Source: an uncultured Eubacteriales bacterium
GTDB lineage: Bacteria > Bacillota > Clostridia > Oscillospirales > CAG-272
Length of the DNA stretch: 64,000 bases
Assembly: GCA_905187695.1 (NCBI GenBank)
Contig: CAJJIY010000002.1
Coordinates: 46 to 64,045 of the forward strand
Direction of reading: 5' to 3'
Of the stretch, positions 1-7,859 are shown one piece after another. Below the pieces are notes generated by a model. The model was given only the letters and a program-made list of their open reading frames with translations. It was not told the DNA's origin and did not search any database. The translations under genes and the position numbers were made by a program. Numbering within the stretch: the first letter of the stretch is position 1; every line of letters begins with the position of its first letter.

Positions 1-31
1 TCTTCTTGCACAAAATAAAGGAGGAGCTATT

Positions 32-295
32 ATGCAAATTGTTTATATTCCAAGCGAATCAATGTCTGTTCAAGGTAAAAAAGATGAAATCTATAAAAGA
101 TATGGGAAAGACTGGAATATTAGAGAACAGGGAGGAGGTAACGGAAATTGGTTGTTGACCAGAAAAAGTGATGTGCTTGTAGATGGAAAAAGTTATCGTA
201 CTTTTGTACTTGAACACTACGGTAAATCCAAGCTGACAGCGAAGCTTGTTGATAAATTTCGTGAAGATGTAGCAAATGGTAAAATAAAACTGTAA
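32..295 (+). CDS. Hypothetical small protein (87 aa)
   Basis: Complete ORF with AAGGAGG 7 nt upstream of the ATG, followed by a strong hairpin. No family recognised. Confidence 0.6.
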   Translation: MQIVYIPSESMSVQGKKDEIYKRYGKDWNIREQGGGNGNWLLTRKSDVLVDGKSYRTFVLEHYGKSKLTAKLVDKFREDVANGKIKL

Positions 296-303
296 ATGCC
301 TAT

Positions 304-350
304 GCCGTTATGCTATGAGCATAGTACATAGCATAACGGCTTCTCTTTCG
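304..350 (+). terminator. Hairpin downstream of the 87-aa ORF
   Basis: 13-bp stem GCCGTTATGCTAT (304-316) / ATAGCATAACGGC (328-340), followed by a T-rich tail TTCTCTTTCGTT. Confidence 0.5.
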
Positions 351-373
351 TTGAGCTAGCAAGGAGGGTGAAT

Positions 374-1174
374 ATGTCTTTATCCATACAAGAGCGATTA
401 AAAGACCTACGTGTGGAGCGTGGCTTGACGCTGGGGCAGCTTGCGGAGCAGACCGGGCTTTCCAAGTCTGCGCTGGGCAGTTACGAAACGGAAGACTTCA
501 AGGACATCAGCCACTATGCCCTTATCCGGCTGGCGAAGTTTTACGGTGTGACCGCTGATTATCTGCTGGGGCTGTCTGAAATGAAAAATCACCCAAACGC
601 CGATCTTGCAGACCTGCGTTTGAGTGATGAAATGATTGACCTGCTGAAAAGCGGGAGGATAGACAATACCCTGCTGTGTGAGCTGGCGGCGCACCCGGAT
701 TTCCCCCGGCTGATGGCTGACCTTGAAATCTATGTGAACGGAACGGCACTGAAACAGGCGCAGGGTGCAAACGCCATAGTGGACACGATGAGCGCAACTG
801 TTATAAAAAAGCATAATCCTGGCATGAGTGATACGCAGTTAAGACAGCTTATCACCGCCCATATTGATGAGGACGAGTTTTGCCGCTATGTGATACAACG
901 GGACATAAACGGGATTGCCCTTGCTCTGCGGGAAACACACAAGGACGATTTTTTCAGCGTCCCAGAGGATAACCCGCTAAAAGAAATGCTGGAAACTGCT
1001 GGTGAAATCGTCAGCCAGGACAGCGACACGGAACAAGCGTACTTGGCGTTTATCTGCAAACGGCTCAAGCTGAATTTTAGGAAGCTGTCAGTAGAAGAAC
1101 GGAAGTGGCTGAAAAAGATTGCGGAAAAATCCGACTTGCTGAAGAATCCAAAACCGCAGAGAGGACGAAGATAA
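374..1174 (+). CDS. XRE-family helix-turn-helix transcriptional regulator with a C-terminal domain of unknown function
   Basis: N-terminal HTH_3-type sequence (LKDLRVERGLTLGQLAEQTGLSKSALGSYE...LIRLAKFYGVTADYLLG). GGAGG lies 6 nt upstream of the ATG at 374; the ORF track starts at GTG 368. Confidence 0.8.
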   Translation: MSLSIQERLKDLRVERGLTLGQLAEQTGLSKSALGSYETEDFKDISHYALIRLAKFYGVTADYLLGLSEMKNHPNADLADLRLSDEMIDLLKSGRIDNTLLCELAAHPDFPRLMADLEIYVNGTALKQAQGANAIVDTMSATVIKKHNPGMSDTQLRQLITAHIDEDEFCRYVIQRDINGIALALRETHKDDFFSVPEDNPLKEMLETAGEIVSQDSDTEQAYLAFICKRLKLNFRKLSVEERKWLKKIAEKSDLLKNPKPQRGRR

Positions 1175-1226
1175 AAAATGCCTGAACGGCGGTTCTGGTT
1201 TTTCAGAACCACCATCCAGGCATTTT
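1174..1226. terminator. Nested bidirectional hairpin between the convergent XRE and mef genes
   Basis: Outer stem AAAATGCCTG (1175-1184) / CAGGCATTTT (1217-1226). Inner stem GGTTCTG (1191-1197) / CAGAACC (1204-1210). A/T runs on both sides. Confidence 0.6.
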
Positions 1227-1254
1227 GTTTAGTAATAGAAAAAGGTGCAGTTGA

Positions 1255-2475
1255 TTATTGCGTATTGTCAATCTCTCTCAAACCGGGTAGTAAAAATACG
1301 GCAAGCGCAACGATGATAATGCCAATTCCGCAAATGACAAACCATTTCTCAACTCCCAGCCGCTCCGCCAGAGGCCCGGAAATGACAAGGCCAAACGGCA
1401 TGGCGAGGGAAGCGGCGCTTGTCAGTAGAGAAAAAACTCTCCCCAGATATTCTGGTTTGACCGTTTCTTGAAAAATCGCATTTTGCACACCGTAAAATGG
1501 AGCGGAAATTCCCATAACAGTACAGCACACAACAAAGACAAGAAATGCGTCTGGCGGCAAAAGCCCGGAGAGCATATTGCTAACGCCCATCAGGAGAACG
1601 GAAAGACCGATGGTGTACCGCCGTTTCTTAAAACCGCCCCAAATGCTCAGAATGACTCCGCCAAGCAGCATACCAACCGCAAAAGCAATTTCAGCGGCAG
1701 AGGCATGGGCCGGTGTTCCTTTGAAGTATGACATACAGATGAGAGGAAAAAGCGTACTGATTGGCATATAAAAGAACATATAAATTACACCAATCCAGAG
1801 CAGAGCAAAGAGGCCCCTGTTTTGCTTTAATACCACATACCCCTCTTTCATATCCTGTAAAAACTGTTGTCTTTTCGTTTCTGGACATAGTTCAGGCGTT
1901 GGTATGGACGAAATCGCAACAGTCACACAGGCAAGGATTGCACCCACAATATCTAACAATATAATTGCATTAAGAGGCCAAACAGCATATAAAAACGCTG
2001 CGGCAGCTGGACTGATAATCGCACTTACTGCTTGCATGGTCTGCGTGTAACCAGCGCATTTTGTAAGTTCCTCTTTTGGCACAATCATAGGTGTTGCTGC
2101 GCTGAATGCTGGAGAATGAAAAGCAGTTCCCGCACTTCGGATTAACAGGACAACCATAATAGACCATACGGGCAATTCCATGTAAAACGCCACCAGCGCC
2201 AGAATACCGCCAGCGGCGGCAATTATCAAATCCGCACCAATCATTACGCTTTTACGGCTGTGCCGGTCAACAAAAGCACCTGCAAACGGGCCTAAACAGG
2301 CTTGCGGCAAAAATCCAATCAGTGTTGCCGCCGTCAATATGATTGCAGAATTAGTTTTCGCAACCAAATAAAAGATAATGGCCATTTGCAAAATACCGCT
2401 GCTAATAAAGGATATTGCTTGTCCGGCAAGAAGTGTAAAATAAGTTTTTCTCCATGAATTGTTGTTTTGGGTCAT
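1255..2475 (-). CDS. mef: Mef-family macrolide efflux MFS transporter (406 aa)
   Basis: Collinear resemblance to recalled Mef(A)/Mef(E). Shared blocks include ILQMAIIFYL, VDRHxRKxxMIGADLIIAAAGxxLAxVAFYMELPVW, TKCAGY, LRQNxGLFALL, KPEYLGRVFSL. Start moved to the ATG at 2475 (MTQNNN), preceded by AAAAAGGAGG. Confidence 0.88.
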   Translation of the reverse strand: MTQNNNSWRKTYFTLLAGQAISFISSGILQMAIIFYLVAKTNSAIILTAATLIGFLPQACLGPFAGAFVDRHSRKSVMIGADLIIAAAGGILALVAFYMELPVWSIMVVLLIRSAGTAFHSPAFSAATPMIVPKEELTKCAGYTQTMQAVSAIISPAAAAFLYAVWPLNAIILLDIVGAILACVTVAISSIPTPELCPETKRQQFLQDMKEGYVVLKQNRGLFALLWIGVIYMFFYMPISTLFPLICMSYFKGTPAHASAAEIAFAVGMLLGGVILSIWGGFKKRRYTIGLSVLLMGVSNMLSGLLPPDAFLVFVVCCTVMGISAPFYGVQNAIFQETVKPEYLGRVFSLLTSAASLAMPFGLVISGPLAERLGVEKWFVICGIGIIIVALAVFLLPGLREIDNTQ

Positions 2476-2521
2476 AATGCGAACCTCCTTTTTTATTGCA
2501 TTGTTCCTTTGTTTCTGCAAT

Positions 2522-2561
2522 AAAAAGCAGGCGTTGTCCCACAGAGAGGGCAGACGCCTGC
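2522..2561 (-). terminator. Intrinsic terminator inside the mef 5' leader (attenuator candidate)
   Basis: On the minus strand: GCAGGCGT (2561-2554), an 19-nt loop, ACGCCTGC (2534-2527), then TTTTT (2526-2522). It ends ~46 nt upstream of the mef ATG. Confidence 0.6.
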
Positions 2562-2750
2562 ATAACAACAAAGCACGAAAAAACACCACGATACAGTTCA
2601 AAGACTGCTCGTGTCAAACCTACGTGTTCCTTTGCATACGCACGCAAAAAAAGCCCACCATCATGTGGAAAGGTACTTCTACTTTTTATTGCTTATTAGC
2701 GTACACAAATTAACACACGTAAGCCTCCTTCCAATCTCAAACTGTCGCAC

Positions 2751-2780
2751 AGTATAACACACATCCGATAGACTTGTCAA
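2751..2780 (-). promoter_or_regulatory. Sigma-A-type promoter for the mef leader
   Basis: On the minus strand: TTGACA (2780-2775), 18-nt spacer, TATACT (2756-2751). Confidence 0.5.
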
Positions 2781-2799
2781 CCATTTTTAACCTTGTTTT

Positions 2800-3560
2800 C
2801 CATCTTGTTTTTCCATCTCTTACGGGCAGTAGCAAAGCCAGGCGAGCCAGTCAACGGTCAAGATGAACGGCGCTTTCAGCGCCGCCGTTGACAGTCTCGC
2901 CCGTCTTTGCTAATGGGTAATCAAGGCGGGAAAGCCATTTTAGGGCTTTCCCGCCCATTTCAATTTTGGGAGAAGAAAGGCCCCAAAATGAACGAGTGCG
3001 GCCAAACACTTTTAGGGATTGGCCACCTTGTCCACCCATCCAGCGGGGCGGCGGGGAACGGTCAAGGCCGGGCGTCAGCCCATTCATTTCAGCCTTGACG
3101 GTTTCCTGCCGTCCTGCTACTTTTCCCGGAGTGTGGCCACACATCTGGTCACGGTGTCCAGAGCTTTGGGACTTTTTGTCCCATAGGCCGGGGGCGGAGG
3201 ACGAGGGACGGGGGCTTTCATAATACGCCCTGTCTGCTGCTGAAATCAGCCCTTTGTTTCCGGCTTACCAGCCCCAAACAAAGCCCTGCTTTCCTGCCGC
3301 GTCAAATGCCCTTGCCCTCCCCGGCGGCAACGGTATTTTCAGGGCAACGCCGACAGAGCGTATAACACACTACACTTTGCTCCGCAAAGTCGTGTGCCAA
3401 ATGGGGCGCTGCCCCCTTTGGAAACCCCCGCAACAAACAGGTGCTATGCACCCAGCCGGGAGCATAGCGCCGTTTGTTGTCAGCAGCCCGTTTCACGGTC
3501 TGCGTGTAGTTCCTTGTAAACTGACCTAAATTATTCGTCAAAAATCAACATATTCAAGTT
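2800..3560. other. GC-rich, ORF-poor block with many local inverted repeats. Function unknown: structured RNA, element end/oriT or decayed gene.
   Basis: No ORF with a convincing start or family on either strand. At least 9 perfect or near-perfect hairpins (coordinates in findings). Confidence 0.5.
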
Positions 3561-3626
3561 CAACTCCCCGTGGACGCCTGCACCCTTTTAGGCTTAAAAA
3601 GACGCTCCTTTTTGTTCGTCATTGAC

Positions 3627-3678
3627 AAAAAGACACACGCAAAAGGAGCATATAAAACTCCGATGCGTGTGTCTTTTT
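3627..3678. terminator. Strong bidirectional hairpin
   Basis: AAAAAGACACACGCA (3627-3641) / TGCGTGTGTCTTTTT (3664-3678), with T-runs on both strands. Confidence 0.55.
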
Positions 3679-3870
3679 CTATGCAAAACAGGGGAAAATT
3701 GCCGATTTTATGTCAGTTTACCCTTTTTGTTGTTTCTTCGCATATCGCCGTAGGGATTTGTTCTTTGCTTTTGATGTTGCGCGGGGCAGAAATTCCGGCG
3801 ATAACCTTCACGCCCTACGCTTAATTGTGTCAGAAGTCATCCCGTTTATGCCCGGCACTTGCCTGTTTGC

Positions 3871-3899
3871 TTGACAAAATTAATAAAATATGGTATTGT
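3871..3899 (+). promoter_or_regulatory. Sigma-A-type promoter upstream of the 3936 ORF
   Basis: TTGACA (3871-3876), 17-nt spacer, TATTGT (3894-3899), with TGG immediately upstream (extended -10 like). Confidence 0.45.
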
Positions 3900-3935
3900 C
3901 ATTATAGCGTTGCAAAGTTGTGAAGGGAGAAATGT

Positions 3936-4271
3936 ATGGCAAAAAAATATGTTTATACGGGCAGAATCAAGCATTACTGCGCTTGCTGCGGCAAACTTCT
4001 GGAAACAGAATGGAACGCTCGGTATGAAAGTGATCTGTCCTCGGTGGTTCAGGTCGATTCCGACAATTTCGCGATCGTCCGTGACCGGCTGTGCGGGAAA
4101 TGTCAGCACGAAGAAAACGCCGGAAAAATAAAAAAGGCCGGTAAAGTCTTTAAGTTTTTGGCGATTACCGCCGTTGTGGTACTTTTGATAACCGGCGTGG
4201 CTCTTGCCACCGGTTACTTGTTGAACGGTGCGGTTTTCGGGAATTCCGACATGCTTAAAAAAAAGTTTTGA
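3936..4271 (+). CDS. Zinc-ribbon (CxxC...CxxC) protein with one C-terminal TM helix; probably the N-terminal fragment of a split gene
   Basis: GGGAGA RBS. Motifs CACCGK and CGKC, TM segment FLAITAVVVLLITGVALATGYLL. The frame ends just after the A8 tract at 4257-4264. Confidence 0.6.
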   Translation: MAKKYVYTGRIKHYCACCGKLLETEWNARYESDLSSVVQVDSDNFAIVRDRLCGKCQHEENAGKIKKAGKVFKFLAITAVVVLLITGVALATGYLLNGAVFGNSDMLKKKF

Positions 4272-4833
4272 CAAAAAACTCGAACAGTTTGAAAAAGACG
4301 AACGCAAAAGAGAATATAACGACGGTTGCGAAGCAGTCGCCACCGCTGTCAAAGAGTGTTTTTCCACAAACGATTACACCATATATTATTACGGCGAAAA
4401 CGGGAAAATCGAGATTATCAAATACACCGTGGCAAACACGACCTTATTCTCTTTAAAGTTTGATAAAAACTACGGCGAATACGCAAACAAGACCTATGTT
4501 ATCAAAGGCGGCGTGATTTACGAAAACGGCAACGGGAAGTTTGCTTACAACGCCACGAGCGAAAGTTACTCCGACTTGAAAGCGGCGCTGGAATCCTATT
4601 TGCCCGAATATTCTTTCAAAACGGATATTTTTTCCTCTCGCGCAAGCATCAGCGATGAAACGAGTGTGATTACGGATGTGCTCTATTCCGCTTCGACCAC
4701 CGTTTACTGCAACTACGGCGAGAACGAATTGTACTTTAAGAACTCGGGCGAGTTTTACAGCGCTTCTTTCGACGAAACAGGCAGAGGTAAAACGGTTTCA
4801 TTCCCGAAAGAAAGCGAATACACGGCCAAATAA
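4228..4833 (+). CDS. Hypothetical protein; probably the C-terminal (extracytoplasmic) part of the split gene
   Basis: Open in the +1 frame from 4228 (GTG). No RBS of its own. It continues the upstream ORF if one A of the A8 tract is removed. Confidence 0.45.
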   Translation: MRFSGIPTCLKKSFDKKLEQFEKDERKREYNDGCEAVATAVKECFSTNDYTIYYYGENGKIEIIKYTVANTTLFSLKFDKNYGEYANKTYVIKGGVIYENGNGKFAYNATSESYSDLKAALESYLPEYSFKTDIFSSRASISDETSVITDVLYSASTTVYCNYGENELYFKNSGEFYSASFDETGRGKTVSFPKESEYTAK

Positions 4834-4912
4834 GATATCACGAGGCGGACCGGTTGAATCGCTTCAAATCCTCTGCGGACGCCTACTCCCTTCTCTGCGT
4901 CATCGGCAAAAC

Positions 4913-4949
4913 AAAAAGGATGGGCAACAATCATCCTTTTTGTTTTTTG
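4913..4949 (+). terminator. Rho-independent terminator
   Basis: AAAAAGGATG (4913-4922) / CATCCTTTTT (4932-4941), followed by GTTTTTT. Confidence 0.75.
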
Positions 4950-4961
4950 CGGTTTTAGGTA

Positions 4962-4990
4962 TTTACAAGCGGCCGGATCAATGGTATATT
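4962..4990 (+). promoter_or_regulatory. Sigma-A-type promoter upstream of the helicase gene
   Basis: TTTACA (4962-4967), 17-nt spacer, TATATT (4985-4990), with TGG extended -10 context. Confidence 0.45.
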
Positions 4991-5165
4991 TATGTTATGA
5001 GACAGATGCGAAACCCGGGAACGGGATAATTAATGTGCCGCAAGGCAGATGTTCTCTTTTGCCGTGAGGCCGCTGATAAATCCCGTTTCGCCCCTTTTTT
5101 GATCCTATCGGAAAACCTGTTTTCCCGTCTGTCCTTTGTCATCATGAAAAGCGAAAGGAGAAACC

Positions 5166-7766
5166 ATGGCCGGATTTGAAAAATTGTGCTTTCGCGGTGC
5201 TTTTCGCAATTATCAGGAGCGTGTGCTTCAAAATGCCGGCGCCTATCTCTCTGACGGGAAACTGAACCTTGTCGCCGCGCCCGGAAGCGGGAAAACCGTT
5301 CTGGGACTGGAACTGATCCGCCGGCTTGGCATGCCCTGTATTATTTTCTCCCCGACCACCGCCATCCGGGCGCAATGGGGACAAAGACTGGCAGAAGATT
5401 TTCTTTCCGTTCCCGATGAGGTCCATGCGCTGTATTCGGAAGATCTGCACACGCCCAAACTGATCAACTCGGTCACTTATCAGGCGCTCTTCAGTGCCGT
5501 AGAAAAAGTGCGTCTGAGCGGAGAGGACTGCTCGGATCTGGATCTTTTTGATATTCTCCGGGAGAGCAACATCCGAACAATTTGTCTGGACGAGGCGCAT
5601 CACCTGAAAAACGAATGGCAAAGAGCCCTGGAAAAATTTGTGTCCGCGCTGGATCCCGGAATCAAAATCATTTCTCTGACCGCAACGCCGCCCTATGACG
5701 CCCAAACAACCGAGTGGCAACGCTATGTGGGGGTGTGCGGAGAAATTGACGAAGAAATCTCGGTGCCGGAGTTGGTACGCCAGCAAACGCTCTGCCCCCA
5801 TCAGGATTATATTTACTTCAATTACCCCACCGAAGAAGAGCTTTCAAGCATAAAAATTTATCGGCAACACGCCGAAGAAGCCCTTTTGGAGTTGCGTTCA
5901 CTTCCCCTTTTCGGCCGGCTTTACCGGACGCTCCACGCCCGGCGCACGCCGCAAGCCTTTGAAGTTGCTCCCGATGAAGCGCAGTCGTTATTTTTGTTGC
6001 TTCGGGAATATGATTATCCGGTCTCTTCCGGGGCCGTGCGCCGCCTGACGGGAAAAAAGATTCTCCCCTTCTTTCGTCTTTCAAATGCCGAAAAGGCCAT
6101 CCGTTTCTTACTTCATAGCGATTTCCCGGACGAAAGTGAAAAGACGCAGATTAAAGAAATACTCAAAAAGCACGGAGTCTTTGAAAAAGGCGAAGCGGCT
6201 CTTGCCGCAAACGAAAAACTGAACCGCCGGTTGGTCGCCTCTGCCGGAAAATTGGACAGCATTGCGCAAATTGCAAGAACCGAATACGACGCAATGAAAG
6301 AAAAACTCCGTTTGCTGATTCTGACCGACTATATCGGGAAAGAAAATCTTTCGCAAACCGGAAAAGATGAAAAGCCCTTTGCCGTTCATGCCGTCAGTAT
6401 TTTCAGGACGCTTCTTTCCCGTTGCCCACAGATCCGGATGGGTCTGCTTTCCGGTTCGCTGATGATTTTGCCAAGATCTCTTGAAACAACCGGCGTTTCC
6501 TGCCGCAAGACAGACATTCCGGGGACGGACTATTGCACGGTCACTTTTTCCGGACCGATAAAAAATGCGCTGGACTTTTTCAAAACACATTTTGCCTCCG
6601 GAGAGATTCAGTTGCTCGTGGGAACCAAATCTCTGCTTGGAGAAGGGTGGGACGCGCCTTTTGTCAATACGCTAATCTTAGCCAGTTTTGTGGGCAGTTT
6701 TGTGCTCTCCAACCAGATGCGCGGCCGCGCGATCCGGGTCTGCCGGGACGACCCCCAAAAAAGTGCAAACATCTGGCATCTGGTATCGGTTCTGCCCACA
6801 CATTTTCAAAACGGAAAAATTCCCCTGCGCACGCTCCTGACAGAAAATCAGGAAGAGCCGAACGGTATGGATTTTGAGCTGATGAAACGGCGATTTGATA
6901 CTTTTATGGGCCCCAATGACGAAACCGGCCGGATCGAAAGTGGCATAGAACGGATAACCGCCATAAAACCGCCCTATTCTCCGAGCGGTTTTGAACGCAT
7001 CAATCGTGAAATGTGCAACCAGGCGTCTCATCGCGAACGGCTTGCGACACTTTGGGAAGTTTCCCAAAAGACCGCCCCGGAAGTAAAAACGGAAACGCGC
7101 GTTCCAAAAGAAAAGCGGATCCCGGCCTTTACCTTTTGGGATCTCCTGCCGGACTATCTTGCATCGCTTTTCTTCGCGTCGGCCTCGACAGCTTTTTTGA
7201 AGGAATTTTTATTTTCCACGCTTCCCGTTTTTCTTCTGCTCTTTGCCGTGTCGTTTTTGCTTTTCCTGCCTTTGCTTTTCAAAATCCTGCGGCGAACGCT
7301 CTTACATCTGAGCCCTGCCCGTTCGATCAGGACGATGGTGCAGGCTGTATTGAAAACCCTGCAGTGTTACGGCCATATTTCTCCCAATGCCCGCGTGTGC
7401 ACAAAATCCGACAAAGAAAAAAATTATGTCTCTCTTTCGCTTGCAAACGCCACTTTGCGGGAGCAAAATCTTTTTAACGAAGCTGTCACACAGCTTCTCT
7501 CCCCGATCGGAAACCCGCGCTATATTCTGATTGCCAAAACAAGATTCGGACGGGACAATGAACGGTTTTCTTTTGCCTGCCCGGATATTCTCGGAAAAAG
7601 GAAGGAAGCCGTTCTGACACTGGAAAAAGAGCTCCGGAAGACCACCCGGCCTTTTTCGGCCGTCTTTACCCGGAGCGAAGAAGGGCGAAAAAAGCTGATC
7701 CGATGCCGGCGGCGCTCCTACCTTACCGCCAATGACGCCATACTTTCCAAAATGATGACGAATTGA
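5166..7766 (+). CDS. SF2 (DEAD/DEAH-box, type III restriction Res-like) helicase with a long C-terminal extension containing two hydrophobic helices
   Basis: Motif I AAPGSGKT, motif II LDEAHH, motif III LTATP, motif VI-like QMRGRAIR. AAAGGAG RBS before the ATG at 5166. Hydrophobic stretch YLASLFFASASTAFLKEFLFSTLPVFLLLFAVSFLLFLPLLF at ~7119-7300. Confidence 0.85.
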   Translation: MAGFEKLCFRGAFRNYQERVLQNAGAYLSDGKLNLVAAPGSGKTVLGLELIRRLGMPCIIFSPTTAIRAQWGQRLAEDFLSVPDEVHALYSEDLHTPKLINSVTYQALFSAVEKVRLSGEDCSDLDLFDILRESNIRTICLDEAHHLKNEWQRALEKFVSALDPGIKIISLTATPPYDAQTTEWQRYVGVCGEIDEEISVPELVRQQTLCPHQDYIYFNYPTEEELSSIKIYRQHAEEALLELRSLPLFGRLYRTLHARRTPQAFEVAPDEAQSLFLLLREYDYPVSSGAVRRLTGKKILPFFRLSNAEKAIRFLLHSDFPDESEKTQIKEILKKHGVFEKGEAALAANEKLNRRLVASAGKLDSIAQIARTEYDAMKEKLRLLILTDYIGKENLSQTGKDEKPFAVHAVSIFRTLLSRCPQIRMGLLSGSLMILPRSLETTGVSCRKTDIPGTDYCTVTFSGPIKNALDFFKTHFASGEIQLLVGTKSLLGEGWDAPFVNTLILASFVGSFVLSNQMRGRAIRVCRDDPQKSANIWHLVSVLPTHFQNGKIPLRTLLTENQEEPNGMDFELMKRRFDTFMGPNDETGRIESGIERITAIKPPYSPSGFERINREMCNQASHRERLATLWEVSQKTAPEVKTETRVPKEKRIPAFTFWDLLPDYLASLFFASASTAFLKEFLFSTLPVFLLLFAVSFLLFLPLLFKILRRTLLHLSPARSIRTMVQAVLKTLQCYGHISPNARVCTKSDKEKNYVSLSLANATLREQNLFNEAVTQLLSPIGNPRYILIAKTRFGRDNERFSFACPDILGKRKEAVLTLEKELRKTTRPFSAVFTRSEEGRKKLIRCRRRSYLTANDAILSKMMTN

Positions 7767-7810
7767 ACACAGGCAATTGCTCCTCAGGGTCATTGACAAA
7801 AGCGACACCG

Positions 7811-7843
7811 AAAAAAGCAGGTCGTGCGGCAAGCCACGCGACC
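7811..7843 (-). terminator. Terminator of the RNHCP gene
   Basis: On the minus strand: GGTCGCGTGG-cttg-CCGCACGACC (9 of 10 pairs, 7843-7820), followed by TGCTTTTTT. Confidence 0.55.
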
Positions 7844-7859
7844 CTTGGGTGTGAAAAAA

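Larger units (their letters stand above)
1..2790. mobile_element. Part of an imported resistance cassette (small ORF + XRE regulator + Mef-family efflux pump). The left end lies outside the window and the right end is undefined.
   Basis: Visibly AT-richer than the bulk of the window. The gene content is typical of transferable macrolide-efflux cassettes. No integrase, transposase or terminal repeats are visible, so the extent is uncertain. Confidence 0.4.

Noticed and set aside
2402-2647. 81-aa minus-strand ORF overlapping the mef start and leader
   Set aside because: It has no RBS, runs through the leader terminator hairpin and overlaps the mef RBS/ATG out of frame. It is better explained as non-coding leader.
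2800-3560. Known RNA classes in the GC-rich block (group II intron, RNase P RNA, tmRNA, SRP RNA)
   Set aside because: I looked by eye for the signatures I remember: the GUGYG 5' end plus domain V, GAGGAAAGUCC, a tRNA-like CCA end with tag ORF, and the GGAAGCAGCC SRP motif. None is present. This does not exclude other RNA families.
3570-3824. 84-aa plus-strand ORF in the AT-rich spacer
   Set aside because: It spans the strong bidirectional hairpin at 3627-3678. It has no RBS and no protein-like composition.
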